DNA of 64,000 nt from contig JAFZQJ010000027.1 of the NCBI GenBank assembly GCA_017620395.1, positions 82,331 to 146,330 of the forward strand, given 5' to 3'. This DNA comes from Clostridia bacterium (GTDB taxonomy: Bacteria > Bacillota > Clostridia > Oscillospirales > RGIG8002). This document shows, in pieces, positions 25,199 to 33,877 of this stretch. Position numbers and translations under genes: made by a program. Every line of letters starts with the position of its first letter. Within the stretch, counting starts at the first letter, position 1. Below the pieces are notes generated by a model, which had not been told where the DNA came from, did no database searches, and was given only the letters and a program-made list of their open reading frames with translations.

Positions 25199-26866
25199 TT
25201 GAAAACCGATATTGAAATCGCCCTTGAGGCAAAGAAAAAACCGGTTAAAGATATAGCCGCCGGCCTCGGAATAGGGGAGGATATGCTCGAGTATTACGGC
25301 AAGTACAAAGCCAAGCTCTCCGAGGAGTTGTACGCCGAAACCGCGTCACGTCCGGACGGCAAGCTGATACTTGTGACCGCCATCAACCCCACGCCCGCGG
25401 GCGAGGGTAAAACGACCGTTTCCGTCGGCCTCGGCCAGGCGCTTGCGAAGCTCGGCAAGCGCGGGATCACCGCGCTCCGCGAGCCGTCGATGGGCCCGGT
25501 TTTCGGCATTAAAGGCGGAGCCGCCGGCGGCGGTTACTCTCAGGTCGTGCCGATGGAGGATATCAACCTTCACTTCACCGGCGATATGCACGCGCTGACC
25601 GCGGCAAATAACCTCCTCTGCGCGATGATAGACAATCATATCCATCAGGGCAACGAGCTGGATATCGACCCGGAGCGCGTGCTTATCCTGCGCTGCGTCG
25701 ATATGAACGACCGCGCCCTTCGCGAAATAACGATAGGCCTCGGCGGCAAGGCGAACGGCCAGCCGCGTCCGGACGGCTTCAACATCACCGTCGCGAGCGA
25801 AGTAATGGCTATCCTTTGCCTTGCGTCCGACCTTATGGACCTCAAGCGCCGCCTCGGCGATATAATCGTCGCGTATAACAGGAGCGGCGGACTCGTCCGC
25901 GCCCGCGATCTGAAGGCCGACGGCGCGATGACCGTACTGCTCAAGGACGCGCTCAAGCCGAACCTCGTGCAGACGCTTGAAAACACCCCCTGCATAATCC
26001 ACGGCGGCCCGTTCGCGAATATCGCGCACGGCTGCAACTCCGTCCGCGCGACGAAGCTTGCGCTCAAGCTCGCCGACTACGTTGTGACGGAAGCCGGATT
26101 CGGCGCCGACCTCGGTGCCGAAAAGTTCCTCGATATCAAATGCCGCGCCGCGGGCATACATCCCGACGCCGTCGTGCTCGTCGCAACGGTCAAGGCGCTC
26201 AAATACAACGGCGGCGTACCGAAGGACGAGCTGAAGGCCGAGAATACCGAAGCGCTTCGCAAGGGCATAGTGAACCTCGGAAAGCACATAGAGAATATCC
26301 AGTCTTACGGACTTCCCGTCGTAGTCGCCATAAACGAGTTCGCGACCGATACGGACGAAGAGAAGCGCATTATCGGCGAATACTGCGCCGCGCACGGCGT
26401 GGACTACTCATTCACCACCGTTTTCGCCAACGGCGGCGAAGGCGGCGTCGACCTCGCGAGGAAGGTGTGCGCCGCGGTCGAGAAGCTGAGCGATTTCCGC
26501 TTCTGCTACGACCTCGATCTGCCTCTGAAAGACAAGATCAACGCCATCGCGACGAAGATATACGGCGCGGACGGAGTCGAATACTCCGAAAAAGCGGAGC
26601 GTGAGCTCGCGTACATGACCGAGAACGGCTACGGCAAGCTGCCGATCTGCGTTGCGAAAACGCAATACTCGCTTTCCGACGATCCGTCGCTGCTCGGCCG
26701 CCCCGAGCATTTCCGCATCACCGTCCGCGACGCGAAGGTTTCCGCGGGCGCGGGCTTCGTGGTCGTCTATACCGGCAAGGTCATGACTATGCCCGGTCTC
26801 CCGAAGGTTCCGGCGGCGGTCAATATCGACATCACGCCCGACGGCGAGATCAAAGGACTTTTCTGA
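25199..26866 (+). CDS. fhs: Formate--tetrahydrofolate ligase
   Basis: 555 aa. [10 protein letters not shown]-loop, [18 protein letters not shown] and [14 protein letters not shown] are canonical FTHFS motifs. The start is TTG. Confidence 0.95.
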   Translation: MKTDIEIALEAKKKPVKDIAAGLGIGEDMLEYYGKYKAKLSEELYAETASRPDGKLILVTAINPTPAGEGKTTVSVGLGQALAKLGKRGITALREPSMGPVFGIKGGAAGGGYSQVVPMEDINLHFTGDMHALTAANNLLCAMIDNHIHQGNELDIDPERVLILRCVDMNDRALREITIGLGGKANGQPRPDGFNITVASEVMAILCLASDLMDLKRRLGDIIVAYNRSGGLVRARDLKADGAMTVLLKDALKPNLVQTLENTPCIIHGGPFANIAHGCNSVRATKLALKLADYVVTEAGFGADLGAEKFLDIKCRAAGIHPDAVVLVATVKALKYNGGVPKDELKAENTEALRKGIVNLGKHIENIQSYGLPVVVAINEFATDTDEEKRIIGEYCAAHGVDYSFTTVFANGGEGGVDLARKVCAAVEKLSDFRFCYDLDLPLKDKINAIATKIYGADGVEYSEKAERELAYMTENGYGKLPICVAKTQYSLSDDPSLLGRPEHFRITVRDAKVSAGAGFVVVYTGKVMTMPGLPKVPAAVNIDITPDGEIKGLF

Positions 26867-26867
26867 T

Positions 26868-27305
26868 ATGATAAGCAATTCCGTCCTGGAAACCGAACGA
26901 ATAGCGTCCGAATACGCCGCGGGACTTAAAGCCGGAGACGTGCTCTTTTTCCGCGGCGATCTCGGGGCGGGGAAGACCGCCTTCGTCCGCGGGCTTGCGG
27001 CGGGGCTCGGCATCCCGCCGGAAACCGTAAGCAGCCCGACCTTCACTTTTGTAAAGGAGTACGGAGGCGGACGGCTTCCTTTGGCGCATTTCGATATGTA
27101 CCGCGTCGGCTCTGCGGACGACCTGTATTCGATCGGATTTTTCGACTATCTCGAGACGGACGCGGTCATCGCGGTCGAGTGGTCGGAGAATATAGAAGCG
27201 TTCGCTGACGTTCCGCACGTCACCGTGACGATCTCTCGCGGTGAAAGCGAGGATCAGCGGATAATTACGATAGAGGGAGTGCATAATGCGGATTCTTGCG
27301 TTTGA
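26868..27305 (+). CDS. tsaE: tRNA t6A37 biosynthesis ATPase TsaE
   Basis: GDLGAGKT Walker A motif and SPTFTFV. Confidence 0.9.
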   Translation: MISNSVLETERIASEYAAGLKAGDVLFFRGDLGAGKTAFVRGLAAGLGIPPETVSSPTFTFVKEYGGGRLPLAHFDMYRVGSADDLYSIGFFDYLETDAVIAVEWSENIEAFADVPHVTVTISRGESEDQRIITIEGVHNADSCV

Positions 27306-27996
27306 CAGCTGCGGCAAGACGGCTTCCGTCGCCGTATACGACGATAAAGTAATAGGCGAAGTATATATCGACACCAAACAGACTCACAGCGCGACGCTGC
27401 TGCCTTCGGCGGATTGGCTGCTTTCGTCGCTCGGCATGAAGGTCGCGGATATGGATTATATCGCCGCTGCCGTCGGGCCGGGCTCTTTTACCGGCGTCCG
27501 CATAGGTATGGCTGCCGCGAAGGGTATGGCGGCGGGTGCCGGCTTGAAATGCGTCGGCGTTTCGTCGCTTCACGCCGCGGCATACGCCGCGAAGGACTGC
27601 GGCGGGCTCGTCTGCGCCGTTATGGACGCGCGCTGCGGGCAGGTTTACAATGCGAATTTCAGGGTTGACAACGGTGTTATTCAGCGTGTTTGCGAGGACA
27701 GAGCGCTCGCCATCGACGCGCTGATCGACGAAGTTAATGGCGAGAAGAACGTCCTGCTCATCGGCGACGGCGCGCTTCTCTGCCGCGACAGATTCGCGGA
27801 GCGCGGAGCGGCCTGCCGCATAGCCGGTGAAGGCCGCGTCGGCGTCAGCGCGGGGAACGTCGCGCTCATCGCCGCTGAGAACGCGGCGAACGCTGTTTCT
27901 CCCGAGGCGTTCGCCGTCAACTACATACGGCTTTCACAGGCGGAGCGGGAACGCAACGCCAGACTTCAAAACGAAAAAACGGAGGAGCAATTATGA
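27286..27996 (+). CDS. tsaB: tRNA t6A37 biosynthesis protein TsaB
   Basis: ILAFDSCGKTASVAV and GPGSFTGVRIG motifs. It overlaps the tsaE 3' end. Confidence 0.9.
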   Translation: MRILAFDSCGKTASVAVYDDKVIGEVYIDTKQTHSATLLPSADWLLSSLGMKVADMDYIAAAVGPGSFTGVRIGMAAAKGMAAGAGLKCVGVSSLHAAAYAAKDCGGLVCAVMDARCGQVYNANFRVDNGVIQRVCEDRALAIDALIDEVNGEKNVLLIGDGALLCRDRFAERGAACRIAGEGRVGVSAGNVALIAAENAANAVSPEAFAVNYIRLSQAERERNARLQNEKTEEQL

Positions 27997-28436
27997 TCAT
28001 CATCGGCAGCGATCACGGCGGATTTGAACTTAAACAGGCGGTCACGGCGTACTTTGACCGCGAGGGTATCGAGTATTTCGACTACGGCGTCCATGAGAAC
28101 GTATCCGTGGATTATCCCGATATCGCTTTTCCGATTGCGGAAAAGGTCGCGGCGGGCGAATACGAAAAGGGCATGATCTTCTGCGGCACCGGCATCGGCG
28201 TTTCCATCTGCGCCAACAAGGTCGACGGCGTCAGAGCCGCGCTCTGCACCGACCATTTCACCGCGGAATACTGCCGCCTCCATAACGACGCGAATATCCT
28301 CTGCATCGGCGGCAGAGTTACCGGCGTCGGCACCGCGCTTGATATCGTGAAAACCTTCCTTTCGACCGAGTTTGAAGGCGGCAGGCACGAGCGCCGCGTT
28401 GCGAAAATAATGGCCTACGGGAAAGATAAATATTAG
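27993..28436 (+). CDS. rpiB: Ribose-5-phosphate isomerase B
   Basis: IIIGSDHGGFELK and CGTGIGVSICANK motifs. It overlaps tsaB by 4 nt. Confidence 0.92.
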   Translation: MIIIGSDHGGFELKQAVTAYFDREGIEYFDYGVHENVSVDYPDIAFPIAEKVAAGEYEKGMIFCGTGIGVSICANKVDGVRAALCTDHFTAEYCRLHNDANILCIGGRVTGVGTALDIVKTFLSTEFEGGRHERRVAKIMAYGKDKY

Positions 28437-28520
28437 AAGGTATAAAAATAGTATATCGCACGATGCTCCATATGAATACGGATCATTGTTTATTTCCAGA
28501 TACAAAATAGGAGGGTAAAA

Positions 28521-29054
28521 ATGCCTAAATCGACGAAATGGTTTATTGCGTGTTTTGTATTTGGATTACTGATAATCGCGGGTATGGTGGTATACTTATA
28601 TATGGACGCTCATCCCGATCATACGGATGAAATTGCACTTCTTAAGAGACCCGATATGCAGGTTGATTCTTCGTGGATTTCAAAAGACGGCTCAATTACT
28701 TTCACGATTTGCGAGGGTCAGCCATTTAAAACAAAAACCGCTAATGGGGACTATGTTTATTTTATGCACGGATCGGATGGAATCGGTAAATTAAAAACAG
28801 ACAATTCGGAAATCGACATTGAAGTTGTTTTCGGACGTATGATTTATGATTTTTATATATACGAATATATTCCGGAGGAAGATTCGCTGACAGAGGATGA
28901 CGGAATCCCGAATATCGTATCAACAGATTCACAGCTATTGATGAGCGGAACCGCTTATTATGAGGATAAGGCATTTGCTGTTAGAGTTGAAGAAAGCACC
29001 CTCTTTAATAGCGGAGAGATAATTGTATTCAAAAAAATAGAAAACGGAGAATAG
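28521..29054 (+). CDS. Membrane-anchored hypothetical protein (AT-rich; possible orphan immunity protein)
   Basis: 177-aa ORF with a GGAGGG SD and one N-terminal TM segment. Its codon usage is unlike the neighbouring genes. No motif recognised. Confidence 0.6.
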   Translation: MPKSTKWFIACFVFGLLIIAGMVVYLYMDAHPDHTDEIALLKRPDMQVDSSWISKDGSITFTICEGQPFKTKTANGDYVYFMHGSDGIGKLKTDNSEIDIEVVFGRMIYDFYIYEYIPEEDSLTEDDGIPNIVSTDSQLLMSGTAYYEDKAFAVRVEESTLFNSGEIIVFKKIENGE

Positions 29055-29218
29055 CGCAACACAAAGGTTCACAGCGGCGTTGAGACGAAGTACTGCTACA
29101 ACGGTGTCCAACTTGCCATGTAGAAATGGAACTCGGGGAACGTCACATATTCCCTGCATTTCATCATACCGTTGCAAATCTTCAAAGGCAGGGGCATCTT
29201 GAACGCCTACTGAAGTGA
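29055..29218 (+). pseudogene. Possible degenerate RHS-core fragment (frameshifted, no start codon)
   Basis: In frame after the TAG at 29052-29054 the sequence reads RNTKVHSGVETKYCYNGVQLAM*. After a -1 shift it reads VEMELGERHIFPAFHHTVANLQRQGHLERLLK*. Both weakly resemble the late RHS core segment. Confidence 0.4.
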
Positions 29219-29228
29219 GGGGATTAGA

Positions 29229-29471
29229 ATGCTGTTAAAAAAAACGTGGAAATATAAAAAGACTGGGTTTGATGGAAACTGTAAGATTTTTGGTGTTAAT
29301 ATTTTCAATTATAATTGGGAAGATACTGGGGAAAGGGTAACTGTGGTTGAACCGATGCGCCAACAAGAACATACCCTTAATGTATACACAGTAATAATTA
29401 GAGGAAAGACCAAAAGGTTTGCAGCTGGGGAATTCAGTAATTGTGTATGGGGATTCTATATCGAAAAGTGA
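29229..29471 (+). CDS. Small hypothetical protein (AT-rich; possible orphan immunity protein)
   Basis: 80-aa ORF with a GAGGGG SD about 7 nt upstream, lying between the two RHS-like fragments. Confidence 0.55.
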   Translation: MLLKKTWKYKKTGFDGNCKIFGVNIFNYNWEDTGERVTVVEPMRQQEHTLNVYTVIIRGKTKRFAAGEFSNCVWGFYIEK

Positions 29472-29474
29472 TAG

Positions 29475-29651
29475 TATATCACCTACGATGATATCGGCAA
29501 TCCGCTGGACTATCGCAACGGTATGACGATGACGTGGGAGAAGGGGCGCAGACTTGCGACCGTTACGAACTCCGGCGTTACTACGGCGTGCACATATAAT
29601 GACGACGGCATCCGCCTTACGAAAAATGTTGGCAATAATCTACTGCTATAA
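29475..29651 (+). pseudogene. RHS / YD-repeat protein fragment (no start codon, truncated)
   Basis: The translation is YITYDDIGNPLDYRNGMTMTWEKGRRLATVTNSGVTTACTYNDDGIRLTKNVGNNLLL*. It matches the YD-repeat pattern (YxYDxxGN...W..GR.L...YxYNxDGIR). The frame opens immediately after a stop codon. Confidence 0.75.
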
Positions 29652-29652
29652 A

Positions 29653-29684
29653 ACAGCGGAAAGCGATTGCTTTCCGCTGTTTTT
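29653..29684. terminator. Bidirectional rho-independent terminator (RHS remnant / citrate synthase)
   Basis: ACAGCGGAAAGC-gatt-GCTTTCCGCTGT is a 12-bp stem with T-runs on both strands. Confidence 0.85.
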
Positions 29685-29694
29685 GTGCGTTTTT

Positions 29695-31068
29695 TTATCT
29701 TTCGTCCATCGGGACGTAACCGCGCTCTTCGGCGACACTCTTGTAGCCGGGGCGGATTATCTTGCCTCCGCCGATAAGCTCTTCGAGGCGGTGCGCCGAC
29801 CATCCGCTTATCCTCGCTATCGCGAATATCGGGGTGAAAAGCTCCGGCGGCAGTCCGAGCAGACTGTAGACGAAGCCGCTGTAGAAGTCGACGTTCGCGC
29901 TGACGCCTTTGTATATCCTGCGCTCGCGGGAAATGACCCTCGGCGCTATGCGCTCAACTTTTGAATAGAGTTCAAAATCGTCTTTCGCGCCTTTTTCTTC
30001 GCTTAACTGCCGCACGAACGATTTGAATATCTCCGCGCGCGGATCGGAAAGGGAATAGACCGCGTGTCCCATTCCATAGATGAGGCCGCTCTTGTCGAAG
30101 CCGTTTTTATTCAGCAGAGCGGTAAGATATGCGTCGATCGCTTCGTCGTCGCGGAAGTCGGTAACGTGCTCTTTCAGATCATCCATCATTCTGACGACCT
30201 TTATATTCGCTCCGCCGTGGCGCGGCCCCTTCAGCGAGCCGAGCGCGCCGGCGATAACGCTGTACGTGTCGGTGCCGGAGGAGGTTATGACGTGCGTGGT
30301 GAACGAGGAGTTGTTGCCGCCGCCGTGTTCGGCGTGGAGTACCAGCGCCATATCGAGCACGCGCGCTTCAAACGGCGTGTAGCTCATATCCGGACGCAGC
30401 AGACGCAGTATGTTTTCCGCGGTAGAAAGCTCCGCGTCGGGCTGATGGATAAACAGACTCTCTTTGTCGTGATAATGCTTGTACGCCTGGTATCCGTATA
30501 CCGACAGAAGCGGGAAGAGCGAAATCAGCTGCACGCACTGCCGCAGTACGTTGGGAACGGAAATATCGTCCGCGGCGCTGTCGTAGGAATATAGCGTGAG
30601 CACGCTTCGCGCGAGTGTGTTCATCATATCGTTGCTCGGCGCCTTCATGATCACGTCGCGTACGAATCCGGTAGGCAGCGAGCGGTAGAAGCCGAGAGTG
30701 CGTTTGAAGGCGTCAAGCTGCTGCTTCGTCGGCAGGTTTCCGAAAAGGAGCAGATACGTGGTTTCTTCGAATCCGAAACGGCCTTCGCCGTAAAAACCGC
30801 TGACAAGCTCCTTGATATCGATGCCGCGGTATGAGAGCTTGCCTTCGCAGGGGGTATCGACGCCGTCGACGAGCTTTGAGGACGTTATCGTCGATATTTC
30901 CGTCAGACCGGCGACGACGCCTTTGCCGTTGACGTCGCGCAGTCCGCGTTTGACGTTGTGCGCGTCATAAAACTCCGGCAGTATGCCGTAGCTTTTGACC
31001 GAGAGCTCCGCGAGGTCTTTGATCTCGGTCGTTATCGCGGAGTAGGGATTGTTTTTACGGATGGCCAT
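29695..31068 (-). CDS. Citrate synthase family protein
   Basis: The motifs HAEHGGGNNSSFT, GPRHGGAN and DFYSG are citrate/2-methylcitrate synthase signatures. A GGAGGTG SD precedes ATG 31068 (MAIRKNN); the ORF-track start at 31122 is less likely. Confidence 0.9.
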   Translation of the reverse strand: MAIRKNNPYSAITTEIKDLAELSVKSYGILPEFYDAHNVKRGLRDVNGKGVVAGLTEISTITSSKLVDGVDTPCEGKLSYRGIDIKELVSGFYGEGRFGFEETTYLLLFGNLPTKQQLDAFKRTLGFYRSLPTGFVRDVIMKAPSNDMMNTLARSVLTLYSYDSAADDISVPNVLRQCVQLISLFPLLSVYGYQAYKHYHDKESLFIHQPDAELSTAENILRLLRPDMSYTPFEARVLDMALVLHAEHGGGNNSSFTTHVITSSGTDTYSVIAGALGSLKGPRHGGANIKVVRMMDDLKEHVTDFRDDEAIDAYLTALLNKNGFDKSGLIYGMGHAVYSLSDPRAEIFKSFVRQLSEEKGAKDDFELYSKVERIAPRVISRERRIYKGVSANVDFYSGFVYSLLGLPPELFTPIFAIARISGWSAHRLEELIGGGKIIRPGYKSVAEERGYVPMDER

Positions 31069-31260
31069 TTCTTCACCTCCATTGAAAGCGTGTCGTGTTG
31101 AATATATATATCTTGTAATCAAATTATATACCGAAACGGCAAAGAAATCAATAAAAATATTTATATGGTATAAACCGCGCGACGCGGTAAAGATCCGCGA
31201 TGCGGGTAAAAGAAGGTCGAATATCTGCGGATTAGTTTGAAAAAATAATGATAATTCTTC

Positions 31261-31289
31261 TTGATTTTTGATTTGCTATGTGGTATAGT
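31261..31289 (+). promoter_or_regulatory. Sigma-A-type promoter of tRNA-Val
   Basis: TTGATT (31261-31266), a 17-nt spacer, then TGgTATAGT with the -10 hexamer at 31284-31289. It lies about 20 nt upstream of the tRNA 5' end. Confidence 0.65.
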
Positions 31290-31308
31290 AGTTCTTGCTG
31301 ACGGAAAC

Positions 31309-31385
31309 GGGGGCATAGCTCAGCTGGTTAGAGCGCTCGCTTCACATGCGAGAGGTCGGGGGTTCAAGTCCCTCTGCCCCTACCA
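31309..31385 (+). tRNA. tRNA-Val (anticodon CAC), CCA encoded
   Basis: Manual cloverleaf: acceptor GGGGGCA/TGCCCCT, D arm GCTC...GAGC, anticodon arm CTCGC-TTCACAT-GCGAG, T arm GGGGG-TTCAAGT-CCCTC, then ACCA. Confidence 0.9.
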
Positions 31386-31392
31386 GAAAAAA

Positions 31393-31418
31393 GCACTTGC
31401 TTTTGCAAGTGCTTTTTT
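31393..31418 (+). terminator. Rho-independent terminator after tRNA-Val
   Basis: GCACTTGC-tttt-GCAAGTGC followed by TTTTTT. Confidence 0.85.
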
Positions 31419-31420
31419 CA

Positions 31421-31598
31421 ATGATATCCGTTCCTGTCGGAACGGGTGATATATGCCTTCGGCATATGATATACCCTTCGGGTATGATATACGCCTGCGG
31501 CGTATGAAGGAACGGATATTATATCATGCAGACGCGAAGCGGCTGTATATCATGCTTGCGAAGCAAGTATATCATATCGCCGTGAGGCGATATATCGT
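31421..31598. repeat. Mirror-symmetric heptamer / mini-hairpin array (4x ATGATAT forward, 4x ATATCAT reverse, seven short palindromes)
   Basis: Heptamers lie at 31421, 31446 (GTGATAT), 31466 and 31484 on the forward strand, and at 31521, 31547, 31569 and 31592 (ATATCGT) in reverse. Palindromes lie at 31428-45, 31451-67, 31471-85, 31489-505, 31529-45, 31554-68 and 31574-93. Confidence 0.85.
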
Positions 31599-31705
31599 TT
31601 TGTAATACTCTCGAATTTGCGCTTTCAAGAGAAATGTTGCTTTTCAAGCGGCCCGGAATGCGAATTTATCACTCTCTGCGTTACCCCGGAATATTTCTCA
31701 TTCTA

Positions 31706-31734
31706 TTGAAAACTCAAAGCGTGTATGATATAAT
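31706..31734 (+). promoter_or_regulatory. Sigma-A-type promoter of the GNAT/hydrolase/Nudix/msrA gene run
   Basis: TTGAAA (31706-31711), a 17-nt spacer, then TGaTATAAT with the -10 hexamer at 31729-31734. Confidence 0.65.
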
Positions 31735-31769
31735 TCATATATGTTTATTCACTGAGAGGTGCTTGCGCA

Positions 31770-32315
31770 ATGCTTTACCACGAAACGGTACAACTGAAAA
31801 ACGGCGCAGAGCTTCTGCTTCGGAACGGCGACGCCGCCGACGGAGCGGATTTGCTTGCGGTTTTTAACCAAACGCACGCGGAAACCGACTTCCTGCTGAC
31901 TTATCCGGACGAAACCTCTTTTACGGTCGAGTCTGAGTCCGAGCATCTCAAACAAAAAACCGAGGATCCGCGGTCGATAGAGATTCTCGCTTTTATCGGC
32001 GGCAAGCTCGTGGGAAGCGCGGGCTTTTACGCCGTAACAAGCGTTGCGAAGATTAAACACCGCGCGGATTTCGGCATATCCGTGCTGAAGGAGTATTGGG
32101 GGCTCGGCATCGGCTCCGCGCTGACAGAAGCTTGTATAGAGTGCGCCCGCGCCGCGGGATACACACAGCTCGAGCTTGACGTCGTCGCGGAAAACGCCGC
32201 CGCGATCGCGCTGTATAAAAAACACGGCTTCGTTGAATTCGGGCGCAATCCGCGCGGCTTCCTTTTGAGAAACGGCGAGTATCAGGAGCTCGTCAATATG
32301 CGGCTTGAGTTATGA
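31770..32315 (+). CDS. GNAT-family N-acetyltransferase
   Basis: Acetyl-CoA-binding motif VLKEYWGLGIGSAL, followed by AIALYKKHGF. Confidence 0.85.
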   Translation: MLYHETVQLKNGAELLLRNGDAADGADLLAVFNQTHAETDFLLTYPDETSFTVESESEHLKQKTEDPRSIEILAFIGGKLVGSAGFYAVTSVAKIKHRADFGISVLKEYWGLGIGSALTEACIECARAAGYTQLELDVVAENAAAIALYKKHGFVEFGRNPRGFLLRNGEYQELVNMRLEL

Positions 32316-32926
32316 TTGATAATAAACGTAATACCGGCGCGGCGCTTTACGTTCACGGCAAGGGCGGCGGCGCCGCCGAGGCGGAGCATTATAAGCCGCT
32401 GTTTCCCGATCGCGAGGTCGTCGGGCTCGACTATAAGACTTTCGTTCCATGGGAAACGGGGAAGGAAATATATAAGGCAGTTTCAGAGCTGCGCGAACGC
32501 TTTGGTGAAGTTATACTTATTGCCAACAGCATAGGTGCGTTCTTTTCGCTTAACGCGGGTATCGACGCGCTTCTCCGAAAGGCGTATTTCATTTCACCCG
32601 TCGTGGATATGGAAAGGCTTATACTCGGTATGATGTCGGCGTCGGACGTGAGCGAAGAAGAGCTTAAAGCGAAAGGCGCTGTAAAGACGGCTTCCGGCGA
32701 AGAGGTTTCGTGGGAATATCTCCGGTACGTCCGCGAGCATCCGGTGAAATGGAGCGTTCCGACGGAGATCCTTTACGGCAGCGGCGACCGGCTCGTCGCT
32801 TATGAGAGCGTTGCCGCTTTCGCGGAAAAGTTCGGCGCGAAGCTAACCGTTATGGACGGCGGCGAGCACTGGTTTCACACCGACGCGCAAATGCGCTTTT
32901 TGGACGAATGGCTCTTGAATAATTAA
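32312..32926 (+). CDS. Alpha/beta-fold hydrolase (small, uncharacterised)
   Basis: 204 aa with a nucleophile-elbow-like IANSIGAF and a C-terminal GGEHWFH. It overlaps the GNAT gene by 4 nt. Confidence 0.65.
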   Translation: MIDNKRNTGAALYVHGKGGGAAEAEHYKPLFPDREVVGLDYKTFVPWETGKEIYKAVSELRERFGEVILIANSIGAFFSLNAGIDALLRKAYFISPVVDMERLILGMMSASDVSEEELKAKGAVKTASGEEVSWEYLRYVREHPVKWSVPTEILYGSGDRLVAYESVAAFAEKFGAKLTVMDGGEHWFHTDAQMRFLDEWLLNN

Positions 32927-32935
32927 GGAGGGCGT

Positions 32936-33877
32936 ATGGCTACCGATTGCGGTTTTGAAAAGGGCGGCGAGTGGTTCCGATACAGGGCCGCCGCGATAAT
33001 AATAGAAGAGGGATGCGTGCTGTTCGTATCCGACGGCGGGTTCGATTATTACTACTCCGTCGGCGGCGGCGTGCATCACGGCGAAACTTCCGAGCAGGCG
33101 GTGCTCCGTGAGGTGTACGAAGAAACAGGCGTCCGCTACGAGATAGACCGCCTCGCCGTTATTCACGAATGCTTCTGGAACGAGAGCGACGGGTGCGGCG
33201 GCGTACGCAAATGCCACGAGCTCGCTTTCTACTATCTGATGAAGCCGAGAGGCACAAAATACCTCCCCGGCGGAGATGAGAAGCTTTCGCTGCACTGGGT
33301 TCCCGTCGATAAGCTCGGTAGCGTAAAGGCGTTTCCGGCTTTTCTCGCCGATTATTTGAGTAGGGAACACGACGGAATAGAGATAATAACCACCCATGAT
33401 GAAAGCGCAAACGAGCGATCGGAGAATGATATGGACTATTCGCTTTTGATTTCACAGCTTGAGGCCGTAACGGACGGCGTTGATAATAACGTCACAAACC
33501 TTGCCAACGCTGCGGCGCTTCTGTATAACTCGCTTGAAGACGTCAGCTGGGCGGGCTTCTATATCGCGGACGGCGGCGCGCTTATGCTCGGGCCGTTTCA
33601 AGGCAAGCCCGCGTGTGTGAAGATCCCGCGCGGCAGAGGAGTCTGCGGCGCGGCGTTTGAACGCGGCGAAACCGTCGTCGTCCCGAACGTGCACGAGTTT
33701 GAGGGGCACATCGCGTGCGACGCCGCGAGCAATTCGGAAATCGTTATTCCGCTTTTCAAAGGCGGCTCGGTTTACGGCGTGCTTGATATCGACAGCGCTT
33801 CGTTGGATCGCTTTTCCGACGGTGACAGGGAAGGGCTTGAGCGTTTCGCTAAGACGCTGGAGGCGCGGCTGGTATGA
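32936..33877 (+). CDS. Nudix hydrolase fused in frame to a GAF-domain free methionine-(R)-sulfoxide reductase (fRMsr-like)
   Basis: The Nudix box GGGVHHGETSEQAVLREVYEETG lies in the N-terminal half. The C-terminal ~150 aa (WAGFYI...GPFQGKPACVKIPRGRGVCGAA...GHIACDAASNSEIVIPL...GVLDIDS) matches the GAF/fRMsr family. An internal GGAG SD plus ATG occurs at 33431. Confidence 0.8.
   Translation: MATDCGFEKGGEWFRYRAAAIIIEEGCVLFVSDGGFDYYYSVGGGVHHGETSEQAVLREVYEETGVRYEIDRLAVIHECFWNESDGCGGVRKCHELAFYYLMKPRGTKYLPGGDEKLSLHWVPVDKLGSVKAFPAFLADYLSREHDGIEIITTHDESANERSENDMDYSLLISQLEAVTDGVDNNVTNLANAAALLYNSLEDVSWAGFYIADGGALMLGPFQGKPACVKIPRGRGVCGAAFERGETVVVPNVHEFEGHIACDAASNSEIVIPLFKGGSVYGVLDIDSASLDRFSDGDREGLERFAKTLEARLV

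Noticed and set aside
25346-26395. 349-aa minus-strand ORF inside fhs
   Set aside because: It is antisense to a near-perfect formate-THF ligase sequence and gives a low-complexity R/A/V/G translation.
31261-31449. 62-aa ORF overlapping tRNA-Val
   Set aside because: It is fully explained by the tRNA-Val gene, its promoter and its terminator. No SD is present.
31421-31598. Considered a CRISPR array or a cluster of terminators for the hairpin array
   Set aside because: The conserved unit is only 7 nt, and the intervening segments are themselves palindromes of 15-20 nt, which is not CRISPR geometry. None of the hairpins is followed by a T-run, so they are not intrinsic terminators.
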